A model generated the notes under the pieces. The model made no database searches. It saw only the letters and a program-made list of their open reading frames with translations, and was not told the origin of the DNA. A program made the position numbers and the translations under genes. 64,000 nt of DNA, from NCBI GenBank assembly GCA_016871595.1, contig VHCY01000001.1:6870-70869 (forward strand), given 5' to 3'. This DNA comes from Verrucomicrobiota bacterium (GTDB taxonomy: Bacteria > Verrucomicrobiota > Verrucomicrobiia > Opitutales > Opitutaceae). This document shows positions 50,553-59,051 of this stretch, piece after piece (positions within the stretch are counted from its first letter, which is position 1; every line of letters starts with the position of its first letter).

Positions 50553-51456
50553 CCGTCACGGGCACGGTCACCTCGCCGGAGCCGTAGCCCTTGAGGTACA
50601 GTTTGCCGGAGCCCGGCTTGCCGCCCTCGACGTTCACGGTCACCTGCGTCTGTCCCTGCGGCACGATCACCTCGGGCATAATCACGCTCTCGGGCACGTC
50701 GGTGGCGACGTCCAGCAGGGTGCCGCCGACCGGGGCGGGATTGGGCAGCGCGAAGCTCAGACTGGCGCGCTCGCCGGTGCGGAGGGTGAGGGCGGACGGG
50801 GAGACCGTGATGCTACTCGGGTCGATCCGGAAGGTGCCCACCGGAGAGGTGCCCGCGGCGCTGGCCACGGCCACCTGATAGTTGCGGTTGGCCTCGAGGG
50901 CCGGGACGAAGAAGCTGATGGAGTTGGGTGACTCGAAGGCGGTCCGAGCGGGAGAACCATTGAACTGGATCACGTCCTGCGGGGTGAAGCCGCGGCCGAC
51001 CACGCTGATCCGGGCTCCGACCGGGCCGCGGTTGACCTCCAGCGACAGCACGTAGCGGCGTACGATCTGCACCGTCTCGACCTGCGTGTAGGCCTCGCGG
51101 GGGGTGAGGACGCCGTTACCCTCGACGTTGTAGGTCACGAGGAAGTAGTAGGCCAGACGGTCGCGGCCGGCAGGCAGCTGATACTCGAACTCGTGCAGGC
51201 CGCCGCCGAGCGGGCTGGGCTTCATCTCGAAGCTCTTCCCGTCGACCACAATGTTCGGCGTCAGCCCGACCACGGTGCTCGTGCGCTTCGCGATGCGGAG
51301 GCTGAAGGTGTAGATCTGGGACGGGTTCTCCGCCATCGACTTCGGCGTGAGGTCCGTGAGCGTCACCGCGTCGCACCCACTGAGGAGCGCAAGGCCGGCG
51401 GCGCAGGCTAGCCAGACGAGGATCTTGGTCGCGACGGGACGGACGAGGGAGTGCAT
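50539..51456 (-). CDS. Lipoprotein with IPT/TIG (Ig-like) domains
   Basis: Lipobox LLSGC, NRGPVGARISVVGRGF IPT-like motif, beta-rich composition. Confidence 0.7.
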   Translation of the reverse strand: MHSLVRPVATKILVWLACAAGLALLSGCDAVTLTDLTPKSMAENPSQIYTFSLRIAKRTSTVVGLTPNIVVDGKSFEMKPSPLGGGLHEFEYQLPAGRDRLAYYFLVTYNVEGNGVLTPREAYTQVETVQIVRRYVLSLEVNRGPVGARISVVGRGFTPQDVIQFNGSPARTAFESPNSISFFVPALEANRNYQVAVASAAGTSPVGTFRIDPSSITVSPSALTLRTGERASLSFALPNPAPVGGTLLDVATDVPESVIMPEVIVPQGQTQVTVNVEGGKPGSGKLYLKGYGSGEVTVPVTVSPR

Positions 51457-51500
51457 TTTTTCCTATGAGTGGTGGGAAGAGCCGGCTTCAATGGCAAGCC

Positions 51501-52709
51501 ATGAACGGGTCGATGACAGGTTCGGAGCGGTCCGGGTTCCCCGCCGTCACGTGGCCCTCGCCGGAGCAATCCACGGGGCTTTACGTGCACGTCCCGTTCT
51601 GCGCGTCCACCTGCGACTTCTGCGCCTTCTACCAGGAACAACCGGAGGCGGGGCAGATCCGGCGCTATCTGGCGGGTGTGGCCCGGGAGGCGGAACTGGT
51701 GCCCACGCCGGCCCGCATCGACACCGTCTTCATCGGCGGGGGCACGCCCGGATTACTGGCCCCCCGCGATCTCGCCCGGTTGCTGGAGGTCATCCGTGCC
51801 CGTTGCGGCGGCTCCCCCAGGGAATGGAGCATCGAACTTGCGCCGGGGTCAGTGAGCCCCGAACGCCTCGCCGTCCTGCGGGAAGGCGGGGTCACGCGGA
51901 TTTCCCTCGGGGTCCAGAGCTTTCAGCCGGCCTTGCTGGAGGCCTTGGGTCGCCGGCATTCACTCGCGCAGATCGAACGGGCCTGGGAATGCATCCACGG
52001 CGCGGGTTTCGCGAGCGTGAACCTGGACCTGATGTTTGCCCTGCCCGGCCAGACGGCCGAGGAGTGGGCGGCGGACGTGCGGCGCGCGGTCGAGCTTGGC
52101 CCCGACCATCTCTCGACCTATTGCCTGACCTTCGAGGAGGACACGCGCCTGTGGCTGAAGCTGTCGCAGGGCCGGGTGCGGCTGGATCCGGAGTTCGAGG
52201 CGCGACTGTACGAGGACACCTGGGCCCAGCTGGCGGCCGCCGGCTACGCCCAGTACGAGGTGTCCAACTTTGCCCGGCCCGGCCACGCCTGCGCCCACAA
52301 CGTCTCGACGTGGCGGATGGGGCAGTGGATCGGACTCGGCCCCTCGGCCGCCTCCCAAGAGGGCGATTGGCGCGGCAGCAACATCGCGGATCTGGAGGCG
52401 TGGCTGACCGCCCTCGACCAAGGGGAGCGCCTGACCGGCGAACGCACCCGGCTCACCCCGGCCCTGCTGGCGGAGGATGCCGTCATCTTCGGGCTCCGGA
52501 TGAACGCCGGGGTGGATCTCGCCCCGTGGCGCCGCCGGGTCCCCGAGCTCCCGTGGTTGGCGCTCGACGCGGAGCTGGCGACCTTGGAGGCTGAAGGGAT
52601 GCTGCAGCGGTCCGCCGACACGCTTCGCCTCACGCCCCGGGGACGCCTGCTGGCGGACGCCCTCGCCGTGCGGATCATCGCCGCGCTCGAAACCGGAGTC
52701 CCCGCCTGA
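51501..52709 (+). CDS. hemW: Radical SAM heme chaperone HemW (HemN-like)
   Basis: LYVHVPFCASTCDFC (CxxxCxxC), GGGTP, SLGVQSF, YEVSNF, HN; start uncertain (51465/51501/51513). Confidence 0.9.
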   Translation: MNGSMTGSERSGFPAVTWPSPEQSTGLYVHVPFCASTCDFCAFYQEQPEAGQIRRYLAGVAREAELVPTPARIDTVFIGGGTPGLLAPRDLARLLEVIRARCGGSPREWSIELAPGSVSPERLAVLREGGVTRISLGVQSFQPALLEALGRRHSLAQIERAWECIHGAGFASVNLDLMFALPGQTAEEWAADVRRAVELGPDHLSTYCLTFEEDTRLWLKLSQGRVRLDPEFEARLYEDTWAQLAAAGYAQYEVSNFARPGHACAHNVSTWRMGQWIGLGPSAASQEGDWRGSNIADLEAWLTALDQGERLTGERTRLTPALLAEDAVIFGLRMNAGVDLAPWRRRVPELPWLALDAELATLEAEGMLQRSADTLRLTPRGRLLADALAVRIIAALETGVPA

Positions 52710-53194
52710 TGCCGCGGGCCCTGCTGCTCTTCGCCTTGGCGCTGGCGCTCGGGGGCTGCGCCTCGACCCCGCCGCTGCCCGCCGAGGCCCGGCTGACCGC
52801 CCGTTTCCACTTGGAAAACCAGCAGGGCCAAGGGGTGCCTTCGACGCTGCCGCGCAGCGGCCTCAGGCTCGGGCTGAATCCCCAGCCCGTGGTGACCGAA
52901 GGGGACATCATCAACGTCGAGTTGGTGCAGGTGGAACTGGGCCGTTGCCTGATGTTCCAGGTTTCGCCGTCCGCCGCCCGTGACCTGTACCGGATGACCG
53001 GTTCGAATCAGGGCCGCCGGCTCGTGCTTTTCCTCGATGGAGTCGCCAGCGGCGTGCGCCGGATCGATGGTCCCATCACGGACGGGATCCTGTACTGTTT
53101 CGTGGAGGTGGACGACGAGGCCCTGCCCGAGCTGGTGGAGAAGCTGCGGCGCACCACCGAATTCCTGCAGCGGGAACTGCGGAGGAAGGGATGA
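52709..53194 (+). CDS. Hypothetical lipoprotein (possible SecD/SecF head-like fold)
   Basis: Lipobox LGGC; N.GRRLVLFLDG..RI..PI..G pattern reminiscent of the SecDF P1 head. Confidence 0.55.
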   Translation: MPRALLLFALALALGGCASTPPLPAEARLTARFHLENQQGQGVPSTLPRSGLRLGLNPQPVVTEGDIINVELVQVELGRCLMFQVSPSAARDLYRMTGSNQGRRLVLFLDGVASGVRRIDGPITDGILYCFVEVDDEALPELVEKLRRTTEFLQRELRRKG

Positions 53195-54219
53195 GGCGAA
53201 GGGCGTTTTTGGGCGGGCTTTCGGCCTGGACGTGCGCGCGGGGCGCCTCCGCGCCCACCCGGCCGGGCTTTGAACTGGTCTGGCCCACACCGCACCCGGG
53301 CTGGCGCGAACGCCGGCCCGTTTCCGAATGGCTCCAGCACGCCGGCTCCGGCGATCCCGCATCCGGGGGATTCGGCGGGGTGCGGAGCGGGGGCAGTCGT
53401 TTTCACGAGGGCATCGACATCCAGCCGGTGGGCCGCGACCGGCAGGGCAATGCCACCGACCCGGTCTTCGCCGCGATGGAGGGCGTCGTGCGTCACGTCA
53501 GCGGGACCGCCGGGAACAGCGGGTACGGCCGCTACGTGGTGCTGGAGCACCCCGCGCGGCAACCCGCCGTTTACACCCTTTACGCCCACCTCGCGCGGAT
53601 CTCCCCCGAGGTGCGTCCCGGGGCCGCGGTGCAGGCGGGGCAGACGCTGGGCGTGATGGGGCACAGCACCGGCGGCTACCGCATCCCGCCGGCGCGGGCG
53701 CACTTGCATTTCGAGGTCGGGCTGGCGGTGACGCGGGACTTTGACGGCTGGTACCTGCGCCGCCGCCTCGGCGGACGTAATGAGCACGGGATGTGGAACG
53801 GGATGAACCTGCTCGGGGTGGATCCGGTGCGGTTCTTCGATGAGTGGCGGGAAGGCAAGGTGGCTGAACCACGGGACTTCCTCGCGCGTTTACCCACCGC
53901 GGTGCGCTTCCGGGTGGCCTCGTTCCGCCGGCCCGATTTCGTCGAACGTTATCCCGCGCTGGTCCGTCAGCCGCTGCCCCTCGGCCCCGTGGCTGGCTGG
54001 GAAATCCGGTGCCATTGGACCGGGTTGCCCTTTGCCTGGACCCCGCTGAGCGCCGCGGAGACGACAGGTCTGCCGGTGAACCAAGCTTCCTTCCTGGAAG
54101 TCGATCCCGCGATTGGTCGCCAACAGCGCAGCCGCATCCTCGCGGTGCCGTGGCGCGGCGGCTGGAAGGCGGGCAAGGATCTCGAGACCGTGCTGCAACA
54201 GCTATTCGCCTGGGGCTGA
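53191..54219 (+). CDS. M23-family metallopeptidase
   Basis: RRRAFL Tat-like signal, HEGID, YGRYVVLEH, YAHL, HLHFE. Confidence 0.92.
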   Translation: MRRRAFLGGLSAWTCARGASAPTRPGFELVWPTPHPGWRERRPVSEWLQHAGSGDPASGGFGGVRSGGSRFHEGIDIQPVGRDRQGNATDPVFAAMEGVVRHVSGTAGNSGYGRYVVLEHPARQPAVYTLYAHLARISPEVRPGAAVQAGQTLGVMGHSTGGYRIPPARAHLHFEVGLAVTRDFDGWYLRRRLGGRNEHGMWNGMNLLGVDPVRFFDEWREGKVAEPRDFLARLPTAVRFRVASFRRPDFVERYPALVRQPLPLGPVAGWEIRCHWTGLPFAWTPLSAAETTGLPVNQASFLEVDPAIGRQQRSRILAVPWRGGWKAGKDLETVLQQLFAWG

Positions 54220-54233
54220 CCCCGGCGCCGCCG

Positions 54234-55736
54234 TCACTTGGCTTTCTTGCTGCCTGGGGCGGACAGCGAGGGGCGCGCCTCGGGGTGACGCGCGAGGATC
54301 GCGCGCAGCCGGGCCACGACCTCCGGCTGCGCCGCCGCGAGATTGCGTCGCTCCGCCGGATCGGCTGCGTAATCGTACAATTCCAGCTCCGCCGTCTCCG
54401 GCGCCGCGCCCGGGCGCTTCCATTCCACGAGCCGGTGTTGCTCGGTGCGGATCGCGCGGCCCATCCGTCCCTCGCGAGGGTAGCAATGATAGGCGTGGTC
54501 GCGGACGCGCGCGGCCGGATCCCGCAACACCGGGACCAGGCTCACGCCGTCAATCGGCTGGGGTCCGACCGGCCGGGGCAAGCCCGCCAGCTCCGCCAGC
54601 GTCGGGAAAATATCCACCGTCTCCGCCGGCTGCCGCGAGAAGGTCCCCGGCCGGGCCACCCCGGGCGCCACGATGACGAGCGGGATGCGGTTCGCCTGCT
54701 CGTAATTGGTGTGCTTCGTCCAATAGCCGTGGTCGCCGAGGTGCCAGCCGTGGTCGCCCCAGAGGACGATCAGCGTGTTGCGGGCCAAATCCAGGCGGTC
54801 CAGTTCCGCGAGCACGCGCCCGATCTGGGCATCCACGTAACTGACGCACGCATAATAGGCGTGGATCAAGGTCCGTTGCAGCGCCTCGCCGCGAAGGTTG
54901 TCCACCTCAAGCGGACTGTAGTTGACGATCTCGCCTCCGACCTTGCCGGCGTAAGCGGGGGCCCCCTCCGGATCCGCGGTGAAGTCCGCCAAGGGCAATC
55001 GCGCCGGATCGTGCAGGTCCCAGTAGCGGGAGGGAGCGGTGAAGGGCAAATGCGGCTTCACGAAGCCGAGGGCGAGGAAGAAGGGCGTGTCTTGCCGGCC
55101 GGCGGCGGCCTGGAGGCGGCGGATGCCCTCGTCGGCGATCCGCCCATCGGCGTAGGCCGAATCGGGGACGTCGAGCCGTTCCCAGGCGGCGCCGCGGGGC
55201 AGCGTGCGAATCTCGCCCAGGCGCTGGTTGGTGAAGTAGGCCTCCTCGCGGGTCAGTTGGCCATTGGCCGAATTCGCCGGGTCCAGGTACTCGACCACCT
55301 TCTCCACGACGGTGGGCACGCTCCACGAGGCGTCATCGTCGCGGTTACCGTGGCCGGTATGCAGGATCTTGCCCACGGCCTCGGCTCGCCAACCCTGCCG
55401 GATGAAGTGCTGGGTGAGGGTGACGGCGCCCGGTACGGCCTGCCGGAAGTTCTGCGCCAGGCCGTAGATGCCGAGCGAGGTCGAACGGGAGCCGAGCAGC
55501 AGGTTGTTGCGCGAAGGGGAGCAGACGGACTGGTTGCAGAAGGCCAGATCGAAGCGCATCCCGCGGCCGGCGAGACGGTCGAGGTGCGGCGTCCGCGCCC
55601 AGGGGTCGCCGTAGGCGCCGAGGTTCGGCTTCAGGTCGTCGACGCACAGCAGCAGCACATTCGGCCGCGGGCCGGCGAAGGCGCTCACGCCCAGCAGCAA
55701 GGGGAGCAGGAACAGGTGGGGGGCGGTTAACTTCAT
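54234..55736 (-). CDS. Sulfatase (iduronate-2-sulfatase-like)
   Basis: PNVLLLCVDDL, CSPSR, GFVKPHLPF, GDHGWHLGDH...KHTNYE. Confidence 0.92.
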   Translation of the reverse strand: MKLTAPHLFLLPLLLGVSAFAGPRPNVLLLCVDDLKPNLGAYGDPWARTPHLDRLAGRGMRFDLAFCNQSVCSPSRNNLLLGSRSTSLGIYGLAQNFRQAVPGAVTLTQHFIRQGWRAEAVGKILHTGHGNRDDDASWSVPTVVEKVVEYLDPANSANGQLTREEAYFTNQRLGEIRTLPRGAAWERLDVPDSAYADGRIADEGIRRLQAAAGRQDTPFFLALGFVKPHLPFTAPSRYWDLHDPARLPLADFTADPEGAPAYAGKVGGEIVNYSPLEVDNLRGEALQRTLIHAYYACVSYVDAQIGRVLAELDRLDLARNTLIVLWGDHGWHLGDHGYWTKHTNYEQANRIPLVIVAPGVARPGTFSRQPAETVDIFPTLAELAGLPRPVGPQPIDGVSLVPVLRDPAARVRDHAYHCYPREGRMGRAIRTEQHRLVEWKRPGAAPETAELELYDYAADPAERRNLAAAQPEVVARLRAILARHPEARPSLSAPGSKKAK

Positions 55737-55846
55737 CCGGGCCAGACCAGCAGGCGCGAGCCCCGGCTGGCAACGCCATTGCCCGCCGGGGCGCCGCTTC
55801 CGGCTCGCCTCGGCGCCGCCCCTCCGCGCACGCTCCGGCTTCGCCT

Positions 55847-56524
55847 ATGAAGATTGTCATCACGGGAGTGACCCGGGGCCTCGGCCGGGCGCTGGTCGGG
55901 GAGTTCATCGCCGCCGGGCACACGGTCATCGGTTGCGGCCGCACGGGTGGGGCCATCTTCGACCTCCGGATGACCCACGGGGCGCCCCACGACTTCACCT
56001 GCGTCGATGTCGGGCTCGACGCCAAAGTGGCGCTCTGGGCCGCCAAGGTGCTTGAGCACGATCAGCCCCCGGACCTGCTCATCAACAACGCCGCGGTCAT
56101 CAACCGGCTGGCGCCGCTTTGGGAGCAGGATGACCGGGAATTCACGCGGCTGGTGGACGCGAACATCCGTGGGGTGCAGAACGTGATCCGGCACTTTGTG
56201 CCCGCGATGGTCGCGCGGGGCCGCGGCGTCATCGTCAACCTGAGTTCCGGCTGGGGCCGGAGCGTCGCCCCGCAGGTGGCCTCCTACTGTATGTCCAAGT
56301 GGGCGATCGAGGGGCTCACGCGCGCGCTGGCGGCCGAGTTACCCGCCGGGATGGCGGCGGTCCCGCTCAATCCCGGCGTGATCGACACGGAACTGCTCCG
56401 CTCGTGCTGGGGCGAAGGCGCGGGGGATTACCCGACGCCGGAGGACTGGGCGCGGCGGGCCGCACCCTTCCTGCTGGCGCTGGGCCCCAAGGACAACGGC
56501 CGGCCCCTGACGGTGCCGGGCTGA
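55847..56524 (+). CDS. SDR-family oxidoreductase
   Basis: ITGVTRGLG, INNAA, SSGWGR, YCMSK, NPGVIDT. Confidence 0.92.
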   Translation: MKIVITGVTRGLGRALVGEFIAAGHTVIGCGRTGGAIFDLRMTHGAPHDFTCVDVGLDAKVALWAAKVLEHDQPPDLLINNAAVINRLAPLWEQDDREFTRLVDANIRGVQNVIRHFVPAMVARGRGVIVNLSSGWGRSVAPQVASYCMSKWAIEGLTRALAAELPAGMAAVPLNPGVIDTELLRSCWGEGAGDYPTPEDWARRAAPFLLALGPKDNGRPLTVPG

Positions 56525-56546
56525 ATCTTGGGCTCCCGCTTGGGAA

Positions 56547-56744
56547 TCAGGCCGGACGCTCGTCGCCGGCGCGAAACTCCGTCGGAACCGGGCCGCGCAG
56601 GGACGCCAACTCGGTCGGGAGGTTCAGGCTCGGCAGCGCGGTCCGCTCGAACGTTTCCAGAAACCGCTGCAGCCGGTGTTGGCGGCGTTCGCGGGTGAAG
56701 AGCGGTTCCGCGCCTTGGGGGGGAAGGGGGAACGGGGTTTGCAT
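56547..56744 (-). CDS. Small hypothetical protein (65 aa) behind a sigma-54 promoter
   Basis: ATG 56744 about 10 nt after the predicted start site; A/C-rich leader; MQTPFPLPPQGAEPLFTRERRQHRLQRFLETFER... Confidence 0.55.
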   Translation of the reverse strand: MQTPFPLPPQGAEPLFTRERRQHRLQRFLETFERTALPSLNLPTELASLRGPVPTEFRAGDERPA

Positions 56745-56764
56745 GGTGGTGTGTTCACAAGCTC

Positions 56765-56781
56765 TGCACAGGGCGTGCCAA
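56765..56781 (-). promoter_or_regulatory. Sigma-54 (-24/-12) promoter
   Basis: Minus strand TTGGCACGCCCTGTGCA versus consensus TGGCACG-N4-TTGCW, exact GG-N10-GC spacing. Confidence 0.75.
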
Positions 56782-56851
56782 AGCGTCACTGTTTCATTAA
56801 GCTTTGCAGGATAGAGGGATGGGACTAAATTAGTCTGCGCGCAGGATTCCG

Positions 56852-56904
56852 AAGTGGGGAATTGTTCCCAACTTGACCTCGCCAGCTAGGGGAGGTTCCC
56901 CAAC
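56852..56904. promoter_or_regulatory. Two palindromic upstream sites (candidate enhancer)
   Basis: GGGAA-TTG-TTCCC-AAC (56857-56872) and GGGGA-GGT-TCCCC-AAC (56889-56904), centres 32 bp apart. Confidence 0.6.
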
Positions 56905-56931
56905 GCAAACGAGATTAGCCCGAATGCACCC

Positions 56932-57012
56932 TCAGTCGCGCGACGGTATCGCGGATTCGCGGCCCAATTCAGCTTTTCGCTCGGCCGCGGGCCGAAGGAT
57001 GCGGATTTTCAC
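56932..57012 (-). pseudogene. Truncated RelE/ParE-like toxin remnant
   Basis: GTG overlapping the antitoxin stop (GTGA); begins VKIRILRPA like ParE-family N-termini, stops after 26 codons. Confidence 0.5.
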
Positions 57013-57224
57013 GCCAAGCGCCGTCTCAGGTCCGCTTTGGCTTCTTCCCATTCGAGTGCTTTCAGGGCGCCTGACTCCCAATCTGCCGCAGTCTGACGCA
57101 AGGCCTCGGCGTGCCAAGCCGGGCTGTCGAAAGCGCCATCCTCCGTCGCCAAGTCCCCCCACAGCGCCTCGACGATCCGCAACTTTTCGAGGCGGGGAAG
57201 CTTTTGGAGTTCAGCGATGCTCAC
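57009..57224 (-). CDS. Addiction-module antitoxin component (TIGR02574-like)
   Basis: SIAELQKLPRLEKLRIVEALWGDL...SPAWH.E.L...WEEAK..LRR pattern; GTG start 57224. Confidence 0.8.
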   Translation of the reverse strand: MSIAELQKLPRLEKLRIVEALWGDLATEDGAFDSPAWHAEALRQTAADWESGALKALEWEEAKADLRRRLA

Positions 57225-57300
57225 CGCGAGACGGGAATCCCAATCACCGCCTGCGGCAAGATCAGTCTTGGCCCCGAAATTAGGTGGAGGGATATCCTCC

Positions 57301-57753
57301 TCACTCGCGCCGGCGCGAGTCCAGGAGCAAGGTGACCGGGCCGGCGTTGACCGAACTGACCGCCATCTCCGCGCCAAAGCGGCCCGTCGCCACCGGCCGG
57401 CCCAGAGCTTCGGCCGCCAAAGCGCAGAAGCGATCGTAGAGCGGCCGCGCGACCTCCGGGCGGGCCGCGGGATGGAAGGAGGGCCGGGTGCCCTTGCGCA
57501 AACTCGCCAACAGCGTGAACTGGCTCACCACCAGCAGCCCGCCGCCGGTGTCGATCAGGCTCCGGTCCAGCCTTCCCGCCTCGTCCGCGAACACCCGCAA
57601 GGCCAGGATCCGCCCGACCAGCCAGCTTGCATCCTCCTCGTTATCCTCGGCCGCCACGCCCAGGAGGATCAGCAGGCCGGGACCGATCGCACCGGTCTCC
57701 TCGCCGTCCACGGTGACGCGCGCCGCGGAGACGCGTTGCAGCACGGCGCGCAC
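57301..57753 (-). CDS. dtd: D-aminoacyl-tRNA deacylase (DTD1)
   Basis: MRAVLQRV, LRVF.D, VSQFTL, GRFGAEM, NAGPVT (Gly-cisPro). Confidence 0.96.
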   Translation of the reverse strand: MRAVLQRVSAARVTVDGEETGAIGPGLLILLGVAAEDNEEDASWLVGRILALRVFADEAGRLDRSLIDTGGGLLVVSQFTLLASLRKGTRPSFHPAARPEVARPLYDRFCALAAEALGRPVATGRFGAEMAVSSVNAGPVTLLLDSRRRE

Positions 57754-57763
57754 GGGACGGCCC

Positions 57764-58951
57764 TCAGATCATCGGGTGGTGCGGCTCGGTCTCCGCCTCG
57801 TAATTGATCCCGGGCAAGCCGAAGCCGAACAGCTTCAGGAACTCGGAGCGGTAGCCGGCGATGTCCGTCTCCTGAGCCAGATTCTCCGTGGTGACCCGCG
57901 GCCAGATCTCGCGCACGGCCCGCTGGATCTCCGGCCGCATCTCCCAGTCGTCGACGCGCACGCGCCCGGCCTCGTCAAAGCGCGGCGGACGCTCTCCGAA
58001 AAGCTCGGTGGCGAACAGCCGCTGGATCTGCTCGATGCAGCCCTCGTGGCTGCCGGCGGCCTTCATCACCTTGTAAAGGATGGCGATGTACAGGGGCACC
58101 ACCGGGATCGCCGAGCTGGCCTGCGTCACGAGGGCCTTGTTCACGGAAACAAAGGCCCGGCCGCCGCCGTTCAGCTTCAGGAGGGAATCGATGTTGCGGG
58201 CGGCGCGCTCGAGGTCGTTCTTCGCCAGCCCGATGGTCCCGTTCTTGTAGACCGCCCACGTCACCTCCGGCCCGATGTAGGAGTAGGCCACCGACTGCGC
58301 CCCGGGGGCGAGCAGGCCGCCCTCCGCGAGGGCGTTCATCCAGAGTTCCCAATCCTCGCCGCCCATCACCGCCACCGTATCGGCGATCTCCGCCTCCGTC
58401 GCCGGCTCGATGGTCACGTCGCTCACGATGCCCTTGTCCGTGTCGACCGTCCGATTGGTGTAGGGTTGGCCGACCGGCTTGAGGACCGAGCGGTGGACGA
58501 CCCCGGTGCGGGGGTGGGTGCGGCGCGGGGAGGCGAGGGAATAGACCACGAGATCCACCTGGCCGAGCTCGGCGCGGACCGTCGCGAGGGCCTGGCGCTT
58601 GATGTCGTCCGAAAAGGCGTCGCCGTTCAGGTTGCAGGCCTTGAGTCCGGCCGCGCGGGCGGCGCGCGTGAAGGCGAGGGTGTTGTACCAGCCGGGGGTG
58701 GCGGGGCGCCCTTCCTCGGAGGGTCGTTCGAAGAACACGCCCACGGTGGCGGCACCGGAGCCGAAGGCCGCGGTGATGCGCGAGGCGAGGCCATAGCCGG
58801 TGGAGGCCCCGATCACGAGCACCCGCTTGGGGCCGCGGGCCACGGGGCCCTTGGCCTTCACGTGGTCGATCCACTCCTGAACGTGCGCCGCGCAGCCCTC
58901 GGGATGGGCGGTGACGCAGACGAAGCCGCGAACCTTGGGTCGGATGATCAT
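57764..58951 (-). CDS. fabV: Enoyl-ACP reductase FabV
   Basis: MIIRPKVRGF..TAHP.GC, GASTGYGLASR, YSLASPRR, VMGGEDW, YIAILYKVMK, HEGCIEQ. Confidence 0.96.
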   Translation of the reverse strand: MIIRPKVRGFVCVTAHPEGCAAHVQEWIDHVKAKGPVARGPKRVLVIGASTGYGLASRITAAFGSGAATVGVFFERPSEEGRPATPGWYNTLAFTRAARAAGLKACNLNGDAFSDDIKRQALATVRAELGQVDLVVYSLASPRRTHPRTGVVHRSVLKPVGQPYTNRTVDTDKGIVSDVTIEPATEAEIADTVAVMGGEDWELWMNALAEGGLLAPGAQSVAYSYIGPEVTWAVYKNGTIGLAKNDLERAARNIDSLLKLNGGGRAFVSVNKALVTQASSAIPVVPLYIAILYKVMKAAGSHEGCIEQIQRLFATELFGERPPRFDEAGRVRVDDWEMRPEIQRAVREIWPRVTTENLAQETDIAGYRSEFLKLFGFGLPGINYEAETEPHHPMI

Positions 58952-59051
58952 TGAGCCGGCATCCTCGGCGGGGGCCTTCGCGCGAGGCAAGTGGGTTTTG
59001 CCGGGCGGAATTTGGTTGGCGGCCACGGTGCGGGGGCGTTCGCTGCCGCTT

